Shown here one piece after another: positions 19,402 to 27,275 of a stretch of 64,000 bases of DNA. A program made the position numbers and the translations under genes. The notes under the pieces are model-generated. The model was not told the DNA's origin and made no database searches. It worked only from the letters and a program-made list of their open reading frames with translations. The stretch comes from Telluria sp. (GTDB lineage Bacteria; Pseudomonadota; Gammaproteobacteria; Burkholderiales; Burkholderiaceae_D). The first letter of the stretch is position 1; every line of letters begins with the position of its first letter. The stretch lies in contig JBAQKU010000373.1 of the NCBI GenBank assembly GCA_049301315.1, positions 3,787 through 67,786 of the forward strand, written 5' to 3'.

Positions 19402-19704
19402 ATGACAAACGTTGTGAAATTTCCGGGCGTAAATGTTGTTACATCGCCCGCTGTTCCGGAGACCGTCCAGCCTGTTAAGAAGGAAAACTCCCCCGTCTTA
19501 CTCAAGTTCGTTTGGGTGGTCGTCGTCTTGCTTTGGCCTATCCTGAAATGGGTGATGTCGATTGATTGTGTCGTCCAATTGCTTCGGACCATGTACTACT
19601 GGAATACTGCTGGTGTGCATGCCGGCTGGACCTTTATTCTCCACTTTGCTGCGCTGACTGCGCTGACGTTCTTCGTGTCCGCCTACAAACCGAAAGGGCT
19701 TTGA
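19402..19704 (+). CDS. Small membrane protein, KleE-like (from memory)
   Basis: ATG at 19402 follows a GGAGG. The protein begins MTNVVKFPG and has two hydrophobic segments (LKFVWVVVVLLWPILKWV, WTFILHFAALTALTFFV). It sits just upstream of korB. Confidence 0.45.
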   Translation: MTNVVKFPGVNVVTSPAVPETVQPVKKENSPVLLKFVWVVVVLLWPILKWVMSIDCVVQLLRTMYYWNTAGVHAGWTFILHFAALTALTFFVSAYKPKGL

Positions 19705-19721
19705 TTCACGTACATAATTTG

Positions 19722-20774
19722 ATGGCAGTCACGCGAAACGAATTCGACGAAACAGGGCAATCACATGACGACCGACGCGGCATGAAAAATGACGACAACG
19801 ATATGGCGAGAACAAGGATTGGCGCTCAGCAGGTTGAAGGAAGGGCACTAGGGAAAGCAGCGATCAACGGCGCCCCCCTAATGATCGACATTGACCTTGT
19901 CGACGAAGATCCTGAACAACCGCGCACCAAGGACAATCCTGGATTCTCCGCCGCCAGTATTGCCGAGCTGGCGGCATCCTACGGCCCAAAGGGTCCCAAG
20001 TCGCCTATATCATTGCGTGACAACCCCGATGCTCCCGGTCGCTTCATTATCAACCATGGATCTCGGCGCTGCCGCGCTGCGAAAGTCAAAGGACTGAGGA
20101 CCATCCCGTCATTCATCGACAATGACTACCAACAGATCGACCAGGTGATCGAAAACCTGCAACGCGATGCGCTGACACCGCGCGAAATCGCCGACTGGAT
20201 TGGCCGTGAACTGGCGAAGGGCCAAAAGAAAAGGGAAATAGCGAAGGCGCTCGGAAAGTCGCCTTCGTTCGTTTCGCAGCACGCAACGCTTTTGGACCTG
20301 CCCGATCCGATAGCCAGTGTGTTCAGTGCGGGTCGGGTAAACGATGTGACCGTGATAAACGAACTGGTGACGGCGTTCAAGAAGAACCCGAATGAGGTGA
20401 CCTCGTGGCTAACCGACGAACACCAGGATGTGACTCGGACTGAGGTCAAGCTGTTGCGCGCGTACCTTGACGAGAAGCTTGCGAACGAGCGATCCAATTC
20501 AAGTCCAGGTGAAAGACCTGGCGGAGCGCCCCAACCCACTGAGCTGCCAGCACAAGACGGCGGGAGGAAGGACAAAGAGGCTGCACCCGAGATGTTTAAA
20601 AAAGCGATCGTTCGGGTTGAACACAGCGAGCGGCTTGCACGCCTGATTCTTACCCGCCGTCCGCCCTCAGATGGCTACGCTTGGCTGAAATACGAAGATG
20701 ATGATCACGAGCTTGAGGTGTGTTTGGCAGACGTGAAATTGGTGGCCCTGCTGGACGGCGAACACCGCTCCTAA
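19722..20774 (+). CDS. korB: KorB (ParB-family global regulator/partition protein of IncP-1 type)
   Basis: 350 aa from the ATG at 19722. By eye it is colinear with RK2 KorB: DLVDEDPEQPRTKDNPGFS, RFIINHGSRRCRAAK, VIENLQRDALTPREIADWIGRELAKG, LILTRRPPSDGYAWLKYEDD. Confidence 0.9.
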   Translation: MAVTRNEFDETGQSHDDRRGMKNDDNDMARTRIGAQQVEGRALGKAAINGAPLMIDIDLVDEDPEQPRTKDNPGFSAASIAELAASYGPKGPKSPISLRDNPDAPGRFIINHGSRRCRAAKVKGLRTIPSFIDNDYQQIDQVIENLQRDALTPREIADWIGRELAKGQKKREIAKALGKSPSFVSQHATLLDLPDPIASVFSAGRVNDVTVINELVTAFKKNPNEVTSWLTDEHQDVTRTEVKLLRAYLDEKLANERSNSSPGERPGGAPQPTELPAQDGGRKDKEAAPEMFKKAIVRVEHSERLARLILTRRPPSDGYAWLKYEDDDHELEVCLADVKLVALLDGEHRS

Positions 20775-20901
20775 GGTGCCCGCCAAATAGCTCAGAGATA
20801 GCAATTTCCGAGAAGCTGCTGGTTGAACGTCGGATTACATGCTCCGCCTCTCCCTGGCGACAGCACCACGTTTCCAGCGCCACCCCCATCAGGAGCATTA
20901 C

Positions 20902-21243
20902 ATGAAGATCCGTATCCTTGTCATGAACGGACAGCGTCTTGTTCAGAGCGAACAAGGCGCTCAATGGAATACCGAAAAAGTGGAAAAGGCCGGCGCCGTC
21001 AAACCTGGCATCTACAACATTCACCTGGCGGCCGTCGCCGACAAAAGTAAGTCGCACGATGGCCCGATCATCTACGCCGACAAGGAACACGTGTATCAGC
21101 AAACCGGCAGGAGTTTTGTCAAACACGATCTGGCTGATTTCGATAAAGTACCAGAGATCGGAGGCAATTCCAGCGTCAAGTACAACGGCGAAAAGGCAGT
21201 GGTGTCGAAGGCTTCGATCAAACTGGGACGTGGTATTTCCTGA
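20902..21243 (+). CDS. Hypothetical protein, possibly KfrB-like
   Basis: ATG at 20902 follows an AGGAG. The protein begins MKIRILVMNGQRLVQSEQGAQW. Its position downstream of korB matches the kfr region of IncP-1. The family name is a recollection, not verified. Confidence 0.4.
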   Translation: MKIRILVMNGQRLVQSEQGAQWNTEKVEKAGAVKPGIYNIHLAAVADKSKSHDGPIIYADKEHVYQQTGRSFVKHDLADFDKVPEIGGNSSVKYNGEKAVVSKASIKLGRGIS

Positions 21244-21248
21244 CGAAC

Positions 21249-21261
21249 TTTAGCCGCTAAA
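21249..21261. promoter_or_regulatory. KorB operator (OB) TTTAGCCGCTAAA
   Basis: Perfect 13-bp palindrome matching the RK2 OB consensus TTTAGC(G/C)GCTAAA. It lies 15 nt upstream of the GTG of the 207-aa coiled-coil gene. Confidence 0.75.
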
Positions 21262-21275
21262 ACGGAGGCCTGATC

Positions 21276-21899
21276 GTGAACAGTCAGAAAGAACAAATAC
21301 CTCAGCAAACCAGAGCCGCCCAGCAGGCCATCAATAGCGCCAGCGATGCGGAAGCCCAGGCCGATAGCCTCCTGGAACGTGCTCATGAGCTAACCGAACA
21401 AGCTGGCCGGCTGGATACGCTCTCGGTCGAAACACAATACAGCACCGCCCTCGCTGCCCAGGTCGAAAGCAAGCATGACCAGGCCGAACGCATTGAGGAC
21501 AGGCTAGAAAATCTGATTGAGCAGCAGTCCTCTCGCCTGCAGCAAGCCAGGGCACAGCAGCCAGGACTCATCGCCCTCCCTGGCTCCCGCTCCAAGTGGC
21601 AGCAGCAAGTACAGCAGCAACAAGGCACGTTGCAGCGCCTTCAAGGGCGCCTGGAGTTAGTCCGCGAGATCAAGGACGGCATGGGTGTCCACGGGGCGCA
21701 TATCGAGGAATTGGCTGCCCGCAAATTACGTCGGTTGGCCCCTGGCCTTGCCAGCGAATGGGACGAACAGCAGGAAGCGCAGCGCCAGCACATGGCCATG
21801 CTGCGCAAGAAGGAGCAGGAACACCGGCAATCGCAGGGTCTTGCAGGTGGAAAGGGCTGGTCCTTGTCGAACACGCTTAATGGTCGCAATCCCAGTTGA
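21276..21899 (+). CDS. Gln/Glu/Arg-rich coiled-coil protein (KfrA/KfrC-position gene)
   Basis: 207 aa. The GTG start follows GGAGG at 6-nt spacing. The sequence is heptad-like and Q/E/R/L-rich throughout. An OB operator lies immediately upstream. Confidence 0.5.
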   Translation: MNSQKEQIPQQTRAAQQAINSASDAEAQADSLLERAHELTEQAGRLDTLSVETQYSTALAAQVESKHDQAERIEDRLENLIEQQSSRLQQARAQQPGLIALPGSRSKWQQQVQQQQGTLQRLQGRLELVREIKDGMGVHGAHIEELAARKLRRLAPGLASEWDEQQEAQRQHMAMLRKKEQEHRQSQGLAGGKGWSLSNTLNGRNPS

Positions 21900-22128
21900 C
21901 AGACACCTCGCCGCAGGGGAGCATGCCCGTGTGGTACGATATTGCTCGCAGGGAATGCAGTCGACGGCAAGGCGCGGTGCGCCGGCTGTCTTGACGTCGC
22001 CAGGGCAGCACTGTCGCCCTGGCCTGGCCGGGCGGGTGACAATCGGCCGCCGCGCCACCTCCGCAACGCATTGCCCTTGGCCCTACTTATCGACACGCGT
22101 GCTACCCGTCAACCATTACCGCCAGCCC

Positions 22129-23694
22129 ATGAGCAATTCCGCCACGCCAGCTACCAATGCCCTGACCTTGCAGCAGCAGATCGTGCGCCGCAAGCTGAAC
22201 GACGACATGGTCAAGATCCTCAACCGTCGTCCCGCTTCCCCGCTGGACCGGTTTGCCCACAACGTCGTCGCCGCCAGCGACTGGATTGTCGACGAACAGC
22301 CGGTCAGGTTGCTACCGCTGGCGCTGTGTCAGCTGATCTCGCTACAGCAGCGCGACGTCGGCAACGCCCTGATCGAAGAAACTCGTGCACTGAACAACCA
22401 GTATGTCGGCTGCAGCTTCCGGACGGCCGAGGTGATGCTGGCCGGCGATCCGGACTTTCTCGACCTCCACGCACGCGCCCAGGCTTGGGGCGAGGACGTG
22501 GCCCGGCAGGTCAACTTCAAGCTGCGTCACCAGGCGCGCAATGATCCTTACCGGACTTTCTTTAGCGCCTACGACTCGATCATCGCGCCGATTGACATGA
22601 CCATCGTGCACGGCAAGGAGCGCCTGTACTCGATGGTGTGGGAAACCGTCATCGACCTCCTGCCGTACCAGCTGCTTGACTCGATGGTGTTCAAGCCGGG
22701 CCACTGCACGCTGTCCCACGATGCGACCGCAGCGCACGTGCCCGAGCTCACGCTGGCGTGCGACATGCCGTCGCCACGGGACCGGGAACGCTTCAACACC
22801 GTAATCAGCTTGTATGCGGTGGAATCGGTAGCGTACATGGACAACGTCGTACTTACCCCGCTGCTGGCGGCGTTGCGCCAAGACCACACCATGCCGGGGT
22901 GCAAAGAAGAGCGCCTGCAATACCAACAGATGTTCACCGACATGCTGGAAGCCTATCCATACCTGATGTCGAGCGACCGCGCCGAACGCTACATGTTCAG
23001 CATCCCCGGGACGAGCTGCATGGCGGCATTCTCGTTCCTGTCCCCAAGCGGCTGCGCTAGAATCATGTTCTGCGATGACGCCGAGAGCCTGCGCCGCGGC
23101 CTGCACACGAATTTCATGCGGGGCGCTTTGAATGTCGGGTACGATGGGCAAATCAAATGGTGGATGCATCCTTGGCGCACGCTCGACGCCGTGTTTGGTC
23201 CGGAAGACGCCGTGACCCTCTCTTGGTGGCTGCTCAAGCAGGTCCACGGGCAGCTGGTCAAGGACTATCTCAATATTGAGCATTATTACCTGCATGGGAC
23301 CAATGCGCAGACCGCGGAACCGGCAGCGTGCGACCTGCGGGATGAAACCCTGCTGTACGTGGCCCTGGCCAAGGCGTCGAAAAGGGAGGACGCCGCAGCC
23401 GACGCCGATCTCGCCGAGTCCCCCGCGGGACCGCATGCGGACGCTGGCAGCGCGTCGAGCATGCTGCCGCAGTTGCGCAGGCGCTACTTCTTCAAGCTAC
23501 TAGAACATTGCGGCGTCCAGGTCGCACAGGGCAAGGGATCGGAAATCAAGTTGCTGCGCAAGACCAAGAGGCCATTCCGGCTCGGTAATCACTACGGCAG
23601 CAACCCCACCATTCCCGCTTTTCTCGCTGCGAATATCCTCAAACGCCTCGACATCACGCACGAGGAATGGGTAGACGCGATCGCCGCCAGCTAA
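22129..23694 (+). CDS. Hypothetical 521-aa protein with HicA-like C-terminal ~70 aa
   Basis: I chose the ATG at 22129; the track ORF starts at 21685 but overlaps the preceding gene. The C-terminus is FFKLLEHCGVQVAQGKGSEIKLLRKTKRPFRLGNHYGSNPTIPAFLAANILKRLDIT, which follows the HicA/YcfA pattern. Confidence 0.5.
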   Translation: MSNSATPATNALTLQQQIVRRKLNDDMVKILNRRPASPLDRFAHNVVAASDWIVDEQPVRLLPLALCQLISLQQRDVGNALIEETRALNNQYVGCSFRTAEVMLAGDPDFLDLHARAQAWGEDVARQVNFKLRHQARNDPYRTFFSAYDSIIAPIDMTIVHGKERLYSMVWETVIDLLPYQLLDSMVFKPGHCTLSHDATAAHVPELTLACDMPSPRDRERFNTVISLYAVESVAYMDNVVLTPLLAALRQDHTMPGCKEERLQYQQMFTDMLEAYPYLMSSDRAERYMFSIPGTSCMAAFSFLSPSGCARIMFCDDAESLRRGLHTNFMRGALNVGYDGQIKWWMHPWRTLDAVFGPEDAVTLSWWLLKQVHGQLVKDYLNIEHYYLHGTNAQTAEPAACDLRDETLLYVALAKASKREDAAADADLAESPAGPHADAGSASSMLPQLRRRYFFKLLEHCGVQVAQGKGSEIKLLRKTKRPFRLGNHYGSNPTIPAFLAANILKRLDITHEEWVDAIAAS

Positions 23695-24202
23695 CGGCCA
23701 GTGCGGTCCCGGCACCCCTGCGGGCACGCTACCGGAAGCCGCGCCGGCGGTGTGCAACGCCAGCGGGTCATTCCGCTGCCGCAGCCGAGCTTACGCGGCA
23801 GATACTCCCAAAGCCTTCTAGTCTTGAGAACGGACAGGGTGCCCGTCAGCGCTGTCCGGTCATCAATGCGCGGTCGGCCACCTGTCGAACAGACGGTGAA
23901 TTGGGCATGAGCATCGAAAAAGGAGTAGAGCTCGTAGGGAAGGAGTGCTGGGCTATGGCGTCAGTTCCGGCTGAGGAAATACACGTCATGGAAATACGCT
24001 GCCCGTGACGACCTCCGGTGCCTACGGACTGGAGGCTTGTACTTCCGGTTTACGACCCAGTGCGGCCGTGACGACGTTAGATGCTTCCAAATGCACGCTC
24101 TTTGTCAGTCCGCTTTGGGTCGAAGGAAACGGTCAGCCAAGCGGCCGTTTTGATCGACCGTTTTCGCCCCCAAGGAGTCATTGGATTTTCTCCGACGCTG
24201 AC

Positions 24203-24260
24203 ATTTAACGTCAAAGCTCACGGGCGGCCGAAGGCCGTCCGGTGGAGCGCGAGGTTAGAT
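24203..24260 (-). repeat. attC site (58 nt)
   Basis: The minus strand reads ATCTAAC-CTCGC-GCTCCAC-(20 nt)-GTGAGC-TTTGAC-GTTAAAT. The L boxes pair except for one bulged C on the ORF-proximal arm. The 554-aa ORF reads through this site. Confidence 0.75.
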
Positions 24261-25875
24261 TCACCTCTCGGACCTTCAAGACCACGCTCGCAACATCCTT
24301 GACTAGAGCGCGTGCTTGCGGAGCCGTTACTTCAGCTCTGGTATGAGCTATCCGATTCCTCAGTGCCACGTGGGCGCGAAGCTGTGTGTAAAGCTTCGGT
24401 TCAAGAATTTCGCGCGATTTCGCAAACTCGAGTAGCTGACCCAAGCTTGATCTAGTCATGAACTTGTCGAATCCGGCGATTTCCATGTTCTGCCGGAGCT
24501 CATGTTCCAGCAAAGAGAACGCCGCGATGACCGCGGCTCGGTATTCCTTCTTGGCAATGAGGCGGCTCGGTTCATCTTCCAATGCCGGAGAGAGTTTCTG
24601 AAAGGCAGCCGCAAAAGCGGACTCAAGCGCCTTTAGAAAAGTGGTCGATTCACCGTCTAGTGTGCGAGGCCTGCGGATGACTAGATGCATTCCAAGATCA
24701 AATGGAACGCTAGCGTCATCCTCTACAATTAGGATCAGCGGCTTGGCCATTCCTTCTTTGGATAGAACCATTCCCACTTCGAATACCGTGTTTGGTGAGC
24801 TCAGGTCCGCAACAACAACAGCAGACTTCTCGATCAGTGCGTAGACCTTAGCCATTAGGCTATCGCCCGGCGCGATCACTTCAGCCGCCATAACAGGACT
24901 GAAGCCGTACTGTTCGGCAATCGGGTAGACGCGTGCCTTATACAGCGCTGCATACCGCGTAGGCACTGAAAAGAATGCTAGGCGACTCTGGGCACTTGGA
25001 GGAAGCGACAGTTCGGCTTGCGGTTCGAGCTCAGTTGAGGTGCTTTGGGAGATCACCTGTGAAGTCCAGTACTCTCGAAGTTCCCGAAAAACGGCCTCAA
25101 GTACCTCTGCGTAAGACTTTGAGGAACTCTTGGGGAGGTTAATGACCTTGACTCCTCGCCGTTCGTAACGCGCTACGAGGTTCGCAGGAGCCCCAACTTG
25201 CAGTACATACGCGGGGCGGCGTAGGGCGCCGAGCCTCTCTTTGACCACTTGCCAGATTTGGCGAAAGTCCGGATCGTCAAGGCTGTATCCAATGAAGAAC
25301 GCCGTGTGGTCAATGAGCAGGCTTGCCAAATGAGTTGCGAGCAGAGGCAGGCTGTTCAAGAACGCGTCATAGTCTTCTTCTGTTACGACAAGGCGATTGG
25401 GGTGGTGCAGGTCGCCGTGAAGTTTCAAAAGCCGCACGCCCGCTTGGGGGTCGCCTACTGCGAGTTGATCTTCTGCCACTAGGGGAATGCAATACCTGTT
25501 CAGTTTCGCGTAGGCCTGTTCAAGTAGGAAATCAAAGTTGGTCGTGACTACTCTATCAAACGGTAGGCGGCAGAATTCTTCGTGGGTCTTTGCAGGTTGG
25601 ATGCTGGCGATGAGCAGTGCAGAGGACAGAAACTCTACGAGTTTCACTCTTGAAAACTCGTGAGAGTACGCCGACAGCGCTTCTAGCGCGGTTGTGTACT
25701 GGTACTCTGGAAGCGCCGCGGCCACCTGCTTCCCTAATCCGTCCCAATCGAGCATCTTCTTGCCTCTCGGGATCTTGGCATTGAGCGAGAAGCCGGCTCC
25801 GACAAAGGGGAGGCATCGCCCACGAACGATGTCTTCTAGGAAAGGTGCAGGGAAGTGGCTTATGTAGTCGGGCAT
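24211..25875 (-). CDS. SIR2-family (SIR2_2-type) protein fused to a TIR/NDT-like Rossmannoid module and a C-terminal HEPN-like domain
   Basis: 554 aa. SIR2-type strings are LPFVGAGFS, VVTTNFD and LLKLHGDLHHP. The middle module reads AVVVADLSSPNTVFEVGMVL...PLILIVEDDASVPFDLG. The C-terminal helical region carries ALRNRIAH (Rx4H). Confidence 0.7.
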   Translation of the reverse strand: MPDYISHFPAPFLEDIVRGRCLPFVGAGFSLNAKIPRGKKMLDWDGLGKQVAAALPEYQYTTALEALSAYSHEFSRVKLVEFLSSALLIASIQPAKTHEEFCRLPFDRVVTTNFDFLLEQAYAKLNRYCIPLVAEDQLAVGDPQAGVRLLKLHGDLHHPNRLVVTEEDYDAFLNSLPLLATHLASLLIDHTAFFIGYSLDDPDFRQIWQVVKERLGALRRPAYVLQVGAPANLVARYERRGVKVINLPKSSSKSYAEVLEAVFRELREYWTSQVISQSTSTELEPQAELSLPPSAQSRLAFFSVPTRYAALYKARVYPIAEQYGFSPVMAAEVIAPGDSLMAKVYALIEKSAVVVADLSSPNTVFEVGMVLSKEGMAKPLILIVEDDASVPFDLGMHLVIRRPRTLDGESTTFLKALESAFAAAFQKLSPALEDEPSRLIAKKEYRAAVIAAFSLLEHELRQNMEIAGFDKFMTRSSLGQLLEFAKSREILEPKLYTQLRAHVALRNRIAHTRAEVTAPQARALVKDVASVVLKVREVNLTSRSTGRPSAAREL

Positions 25876-25893
25876 CTGTGAGTGTATTGGCGA

Positions 25894-25980
25894 ATCTAAC
25901 GTAGAGCTAACCGGCGCTGCGCAGCTTTATCGCGCAGCGGCCAGCGACCGAAGGGAGCGAGGTTCAGCGCCATGTTAGAT
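25894..25980 (-). repeat. attC site (87 nt)
   Basis: The minus strand reads ATCTAAC-ATGGC-GCTGAACC-(48 nt)-GGTTAGC-TCTAC-GTTAGAT, with one bulged base in the ORF-proximal L box. The TAA stop of the 320-aa ORF lies inside the RYYYAAC box. Confidence 0.8.
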
Positions 25981-26937
25981 TTCGTGTTCACCGCTTGGAT
26001 TTCTGTTGGTCAGCCCGATCAGGCGCTTAGTAAGCTTTCCGCGGAGATCTCGTAAGTTGTCATAGTCGGGGCAATTGTAGCCAGCAAGGTCAAAGTGAAG
26101 GCCCGTGCCGGACTTGCGAAATAGAATCACGCGCTTGCCAAGAGCATGAGCAAAACCAACCTCATAGTAGACGTTTGGTCTTGCCCCAGTCAGATCGGCG
26201 AATAGGAATTCAGAAGTGTGGATTTCAGAGAGAATTCTGTCCGTGATAAGGCCCTCGTGTTCGATATCGTCGGCCCGCAAGGCCTTAATACCAAAGCACG
26301 AAAATACTGATTTCACCGTATCCGCAACGTCAGTAAGCTCAGGAAGTTTTTGATCCATCCACATCATGATGAATGCCGTGCCTGCACGGTACTTAGTAGG
26401 CGCTACGGTTGTACCAGACGGCAGCATAGCCGCTTCGAACTCCCTTCCCGATTCGACTAGCTTTAGTACAGTGCGGAGTTTGGATAGACCGTCAAAAAAG
26501 ACTTTTTCGGCCTCTATGGGTACTAAGCCAAGTCTCTCGGATTGTTCTGCTGGTCGGAACCCGAGAACTCTGTCCTCGTCATGTATTACGTGGGGTTCTT
26601 GATACTGATAGCGTCTTAGTAGAAGGGCCGCCCGCATGGCTTTCGCGGCATTCTTCACATCCTGCACATCTTCATTTCCAGTAAGGGGCGCCGCTTTCGC
26701 AACTTGCGCAACTTGAGCGGCAATACGCAGTAGGCGATCAGAGATGCCGTTAGCAATGTCTTTCGTGGGATTGGCAAGTAGCTCCCAAAGGTCGGCAACC
26801 TCGTAATCTATGCCCCACCCAAAAGGGCCTTGCTTTGCATGTGGCTCACACTCAACCTTCGCTTGGCGGAAGTAGCCTTCTGCATCGCCTGCGATTGAGG
26901 CAACTTCGGCGGAAACGTCTAGATGTTCGGTCGCCAT
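25975..26937 (-). CDS. Hypothetical cassette protein: helical N-terminal half + TIR/NDT-like Rossmannoid C-terminal module
   Basis: 320 aa. The C-terminal AFIMMWMD...FLFADLTGARPNVYYEVGFAHALGKRVILFRKSGTGLHFDLAG aligns by eye with the middle module of the 554-aa SIR2 protein. Confidence 0.6.
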   Translation of the reverse strand: MATEHLDVSAEVASIAGDAEGYFRQAKVECEPHAKQGPFGWGIDYEVADLWELLANPTKDIANGISDRLLRIAAQVAQVAKAAPLTGNEDVQDVKNAAKAMRAALLLRRYQYQEPHVIHDEDRVLGFRPAEQSERLGLVPIEAEKVFFDGLSKLRTVLKLVESGREFEAAMLPSGTTVAPTKYRAGTAFIMMWMDQKLPELTDVADTVKSVFSCFGIKALRADDIEHEGLITDRILSEIHTSEFLFADLTGARPNVYYEVGFAHALGKRVILFRKSGTGLHFDLAGYNCPDYDNLRDLRGKLTKRLIGLTNRNPSGEHEI

Positions 26938-26950
26938 GATGTTCCAAGAA

Positions 26951-27006
26951 ATTTAACGTTGCGGTTCAGCGGCGCCGCAGGCGTCCGCTGGAATATGTGG
27001 TTGGGC
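26951..27006 (-). repeat. attC site (56 nt)
   Basis: The minus strand reads GCCCAAC-CACAT-ATTCCAGC-(16 nt)-GCTGAAC-CGCAAC-GTTAAAT. It has classic 59-base-element size and geometry, with a bulged C that gives an extrahelical G on the bottom strand. Confidence 0.85.
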
Positions 27007-27014
27007 AAACTGAA

Positions 27015-27275
27015 TCATTTAGTGTGGCGCTCCAAGAATGCGACCGCTTTTTCGGTTAGCTTGAGCGGTTGAGGGCCTCCACCTTCAACAAAATCAGTCA
27101 TGCGGCCGACCGACCAGGATTCGACGGTTCCGTCAACAAATACAAGTCCATGGTCGTCACCTCGGTAGTCATGCCAGTAGGAAGCTACAAGATGACCATC
27201 CCGAAGAATTTGATACTTGTATTCGTCGAAGTCTTCTCGCCTCCGTGAATTATCGCGTTCGATCGAATAGCTCAT
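27015..27275 (-). CDS. Small hypothetical cassette protein (86 aa)
   Basis: ATG at 27275 lies 6 nt downstream of a GTTGGGC core site. The longer track ORF (to 27323) would begin inside or beyond the core. No motif recognised. Confidence 0.45.
   Translation of the reverse strand: MSYSIERDNSRRREDFDEYKYQILRDGHLVASYWHDYRGDDHGLVFVDGTVESWSVGRMTDFVEGGGPQPLKLTEKAVAFLERHTK

Noticed and set aside
22342-23436. 364-aa minus-strand ORF
   Set aside because: It is antisense to the 521-aa plus-strand gene. Its R/H/V/G-rich composition is typical of a shadow ORF, while the plus frame has normal composition and a HicA-like end.
24076-24082. Extra GTTAGAT heptamer ~120 nt beyond the last attC, suggesting a further ORF-less cassette
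   Set aside because: There is no inverse core or L-box pairing nearby. The adjacent CGTGACGAC copies are direct repeats, not inverted. It is probably chance or a decayed core.
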